Of a DNA stretch of 64,000 bases, positions 61,803 to 64,000 are shown in pieces. Positions within the stretch are counted from its first letter, which is position 1, and every line of letters starts with the position of its first letter. The notes beneath the pieces are model-generated. The model was not told the DNA's origin, made no database searches, and saw only the letters and a list, made by a program, of their open reading frames with translations. This stretch comes from an uncultured Armatimonadia bacterium (GTDB lineage Bacteria; Armatimonadota; Zipacnadia; CAVVLO01): positions 224,001 through 288,000 of the forward strand of contig CAVVLO010000005.1 of NCBI GenBank assembly GCA_963749155.1. The letters are read 5' to 3'. Position numbers and translations under genes: made by a program.

Positions 61803-62654
61803 ATGCTACTAGTTCACACCAACGCGGAGCTTCAAAAGCTGGTTGCCGAAGTGCGAGCCAAAGGCCAGTCAGTTGGCCTCGTGCCGACAATGGGCGCTCT
61901 GCATCAGGGGCATGGCTCGCTAATCCGTCAGGCGGCTGCCGAGTGCGACTTCGTGGTGACTTCCATCTTCGTAAATCCAACCCAGTTCGGTCCGAGCGAA
62001 GACCTCGCGGCTTATCCCAGGACACTGGAGGCCGACTGCGCGCTGGCCGAAGCCGCCGGCTGCGCTGTGGTCTTTGCCCCCTCAGTTGAGGAAATCTATC
62101 CGCGAGCGCCCCTCACCCGGGTGCATGTCGAGGCTTTGACCTCTGGGCTTTGCGGGGCTTCACGACCGACTCATTTCGATGGCGTCTGTACCGTCGTGAC
62201 CATACTCTTCAATCTGGTGCGACCCGACAAAGCCTATTTTGGGTTGAAGGATTATCAGCAACTCCAGGTAGTCAAGCGGATGGCCGCCGACCTGCATCAA
62301 GGCGTCGAGGTAGTGCCTTGCCCGCTGATACGGGAGCCCGATGGCCTGGCGATGAGCAGTCGCAACAAGTACCTTTCTCCTGACGAACGCCAGCAGGCGC
62401 TGGTGCTTTACAAGGCACTGCTCACAGCCGAGCAGCTCGTGAAGTCGGGGGAGAAGTCTAGCGAAGTAGTGCTCGAAGCTGCCCGAGGGGTGATTCTTGG
62501 CGCTGCTTCCGCTAAAATAGACTATGTAGCTTTGGTCGATCCCGAGACGCTCGAACCTGTAGAAACCATCGAAGGCCCAGCCAGGATGGTGGAAGCCGTG
62601 TTCCTGGGTGTAACCCGGCTTATTGACAATCTGCTGTTGGTCCCAGAAGGGTGA
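61803..62654 (+). CDS. panC: Pantoate--beta-alanine ligase
   Basis: VPTMGALHQGH, SIFVNPTQF, RPTHFDGV, FGLKDYQQ, GLAMSSRN, RLIDN. Confidence 0.96.
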   Translation: MLLVHTNAELQKLVAEVRAKGQSVGLVPTMGALHQGHGSLIRQAAAECDFVVTSIFVNPTQFGPSEDLAAYPRTLEADCALAEAAGCAVVFAPSVEEIYPRAPLTRVHVEALTSGLCGASRPTHFDGVCTVVTILFNLVRPDKAYFGLKDYQQLQVVKRMAADLHQGVEVVPCPLIREPDGLAMSSRNKYLSPDERQQALVLYKALLTAEQLVKSGEKSSEVVLEAARGVILGAASAKIDYVALVDPETLEPVETIEGPARMVEAVFLGVTRLIDNLLLVPEG

Positions 62655-62659
62655 GGTAA

Positions 62660-63043
62660 ATGTTTTTGAATCTTCTCAAATGCAAGCTGCACGGAGCGCG
62701 CGTTACTGATGCCAACCTCGATTATGAGGGCTCCATCGAGATAGACGAGGAGCTAATCCGGGCTGCTGGACTAAGGCCTTTTGAACAGGTTCATGTCCTC
62801 AATGTCACCAACGGCGAGCGCATCGAGACTTACGTCATCGTCGGCCCTCCAGGCTCGAAGCGTATCTGCCTTAACGGCGCCGCTGCCCGCAAGGCCGAGC
62901 GCGGAGACAAGGTGCTTATCCTCTCGTATGTCTGGCTTGAAGAGAAAGAACTCGCCTCTCATAAGCCGCGCGTCGTCGTGCTGGACGATGCCAATGAGAT
63001 CGTTACTGTCAAAGACCATTCAGCTCTCTGGCCCGAGGAGTAA
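62660..63043 (+). CDS. panD: Aspartate 1-decarboxylase
   Basis: KLH.A.VT.A.L.YEGSI, NGERIETY, LNGAAAR. Confidence 0.97.
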   Translation: MFLNLLKCKLHGARVTDANLDYEGSIEIDEELIRAAGLRPFEQVHVLNVTNGERIETYVIVGPPGSKRICLNGAAARKAERGDKVLILSYVWLEEKELASHKPRVVVLDDANEIVTVKDHSALWPEE

Positions 63044-63050
63044 ACCCCCG

Positions 63051-63908
63051 ATGAGAGGCCAACTGGCTCTGGACCGCGCCCTTTATGCGCCGCTTGTGAC
63101 CGCCGCGCTGGCTGAGGATGTCGGCTTTGGTGATGTCACGAGTCAGGCCACCGTGCCTCTGGGGCGTCAGGGACTTGCGCGCGCGATTGCCAAGGCAAGC
63201 GGCATCGTCTGCGGGCTGGCGCTTTTTGCTGAAGCCTTTCGGCAGGTAGATGAGTCGCTCGAGGTCACCTTCGATTTGCCCGAGGGGGCAGCCGTCGAGT
63301 CTGGAGACGAAGTGGCAAGTGTCCGGGGCAGCCTGCGCAGCCTGCTGCAGGCTGAACGAGTCGCGCTCAACTTCCTTCAGCATATGTCGGGCGTCGCGAG
63401 CCTGACCGGCCAGTTTGTTCGCGCCATCGAAGGCACAGGGGCCAGTATCCTCGACACCCGTAAGACTTTGCCGGGGCTGAGAGCACTGCAGAAGTATGCC
63501 GTGCTTGTAGGCGGAGGCCAAAACCATCGCTTGCGCCTCGACAGTATGGTGCTCATCAAGGACAACCACATCAAGGCTGCCGGTGGGTTGCGGCAAGCCA
63601 TCGAGCAAGCCAGGGCGACGGTCTCGCCAGCTTTACGTATTGAAGTCGAAACCGAGAACCTTGACCAGGTGCGCGAGGCTCTGGCAGCTCAGGCCGACTG
63701 GATTATGCTCGACAATATGAATCCGGACCTGCTGAGGGAAGCTGTCGCGCTGGTTGCAGGACGCGCCAGGCTCGAGGCCTCGGGCCGAGTCAGCCTGGAT
63801 ACCGTCCGCGCCATCGCCGAGACGGGCGTCGATTTCATCTCAGTCGGCGCGCTGACCCATTCGGCCCGCGCCCTGGATATTTCCCTCGAAGTCACCGAGG
63901 TTGACTGA
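63051..63908 (+). CDS. nadC: Quinolinate phosphoribosyltransferase
   Basis: EDVGFGDVT, ERVALN, DTRKTLPG, NHR, LIKDNH, IMLDN, EASG, ISVGALTHS. Confidence 0.96.
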   Translation: MRGQLALDRALYAPLVTAALAEDVGFGDVTSQATVPLGRQGLARAIAKASGIVCGLALFAEAFRQVDESLEVTFDLPEGAAVESGDEVASVRGSLRSLLQAERVALNFLQHMSGVASLTGQFVRAIEGTGASILDTRKTLPGLRALQKYAVLVGGGQNHRLRLDSMVLIKDNHIKAAGGLRQAIEQARATVSPALRIEVETENLDQVREALAAQADWIMLDNMNPDLLREAVALVAGRARLEASGRVSLDTVRAIAETGVDFISVGALTHSARALDISLEVTEVD

Positions 63909-64000
63909 GCCTTTGGGCAAGCCCCCTCGGCGCGAGGTGCTTTCGAGTCTGCGCGGTAAAGCCGCCAGCTCCAGGTCTCTAGCCGAGCTGGCCGGTCAAA
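63901..64000 (+). CDS. 5' fragment of the next gene (possibly the HTH N-terminus of a BirA-like protein)
   Basis: TTG start overlapping the nadC end with GAGG upstream; open to the window end (MTEPLGKPPRREVLSSL...SLAELAGQ); identity guessed only from common nadC-birA synteny. Confidence 0.3.
   Translation, partial: MTEPLGKPPRREVLSSLRGKAASSRSLAELAGQ

Noticed and set aside
60948..62654. Apparent PanB-PanC fusion (568-aa ORF)
   Set aside because: The conserved PanB C-terminus (FPDETHCF) and its TAG at 61798-61800 lie in the +1 frame, and panC has its own ATG at 61803. The fusion results from a single-base insertion like the others in the window.

Overview
A 64-kb, GC-rich bacterial chromosomal segment, probably from a metagenome-assembled genome. 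A DUF6785-type transporter, many secreted orphan glycoside hydrolases and the TPR protein type suggest an Armatimonadota-like organism (inference only). Contents, left to right: (1) 1-5.8 kb, a tandem, closely packed array of at least four paralogous membrane-anchored repeat (beta-propeller-like) proteins. (2) 5.9-12.8 kb, an SH3/propeller protein, an HNH nuclease, DUF1854 plus an ABC exporter, nnr and a cold-shock gene. (3) 13-51 kb, a carbohydrate-utilisation-rich region (GH2, GH32, GH5, GH39-like, GH42-like, GxGYxYP, several unassigned GH-like proteins, a uronate-isomerase-like enzyme, a class I aldolase). It also holds a glycyl radical enzyme with no activase nearby, yraN-comM and a ZnuABC-type metal transporter. 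(4) 51-64 kb, a housekeeping run: ftsH-ftcD-fhs-TPR-folP-folB-folK-pilC-like-dnaJ-like-panB-panC-panD-nadC. At least 15 single-base frameshifts, nearly all +1 and including ftsH, fhs and panB, are best read as consensus or sequencing errors rather than pseudogenes. I saw no CRISPR array, rRNA, tRNA or transposase. Best leads: the propeller-protein array, the orphan GRE in a glycan/uronate cluster, a candidate structured RNA upstream of ftsH, and a TPR protein with an NHLP-leader-like tail inside the folate operon.
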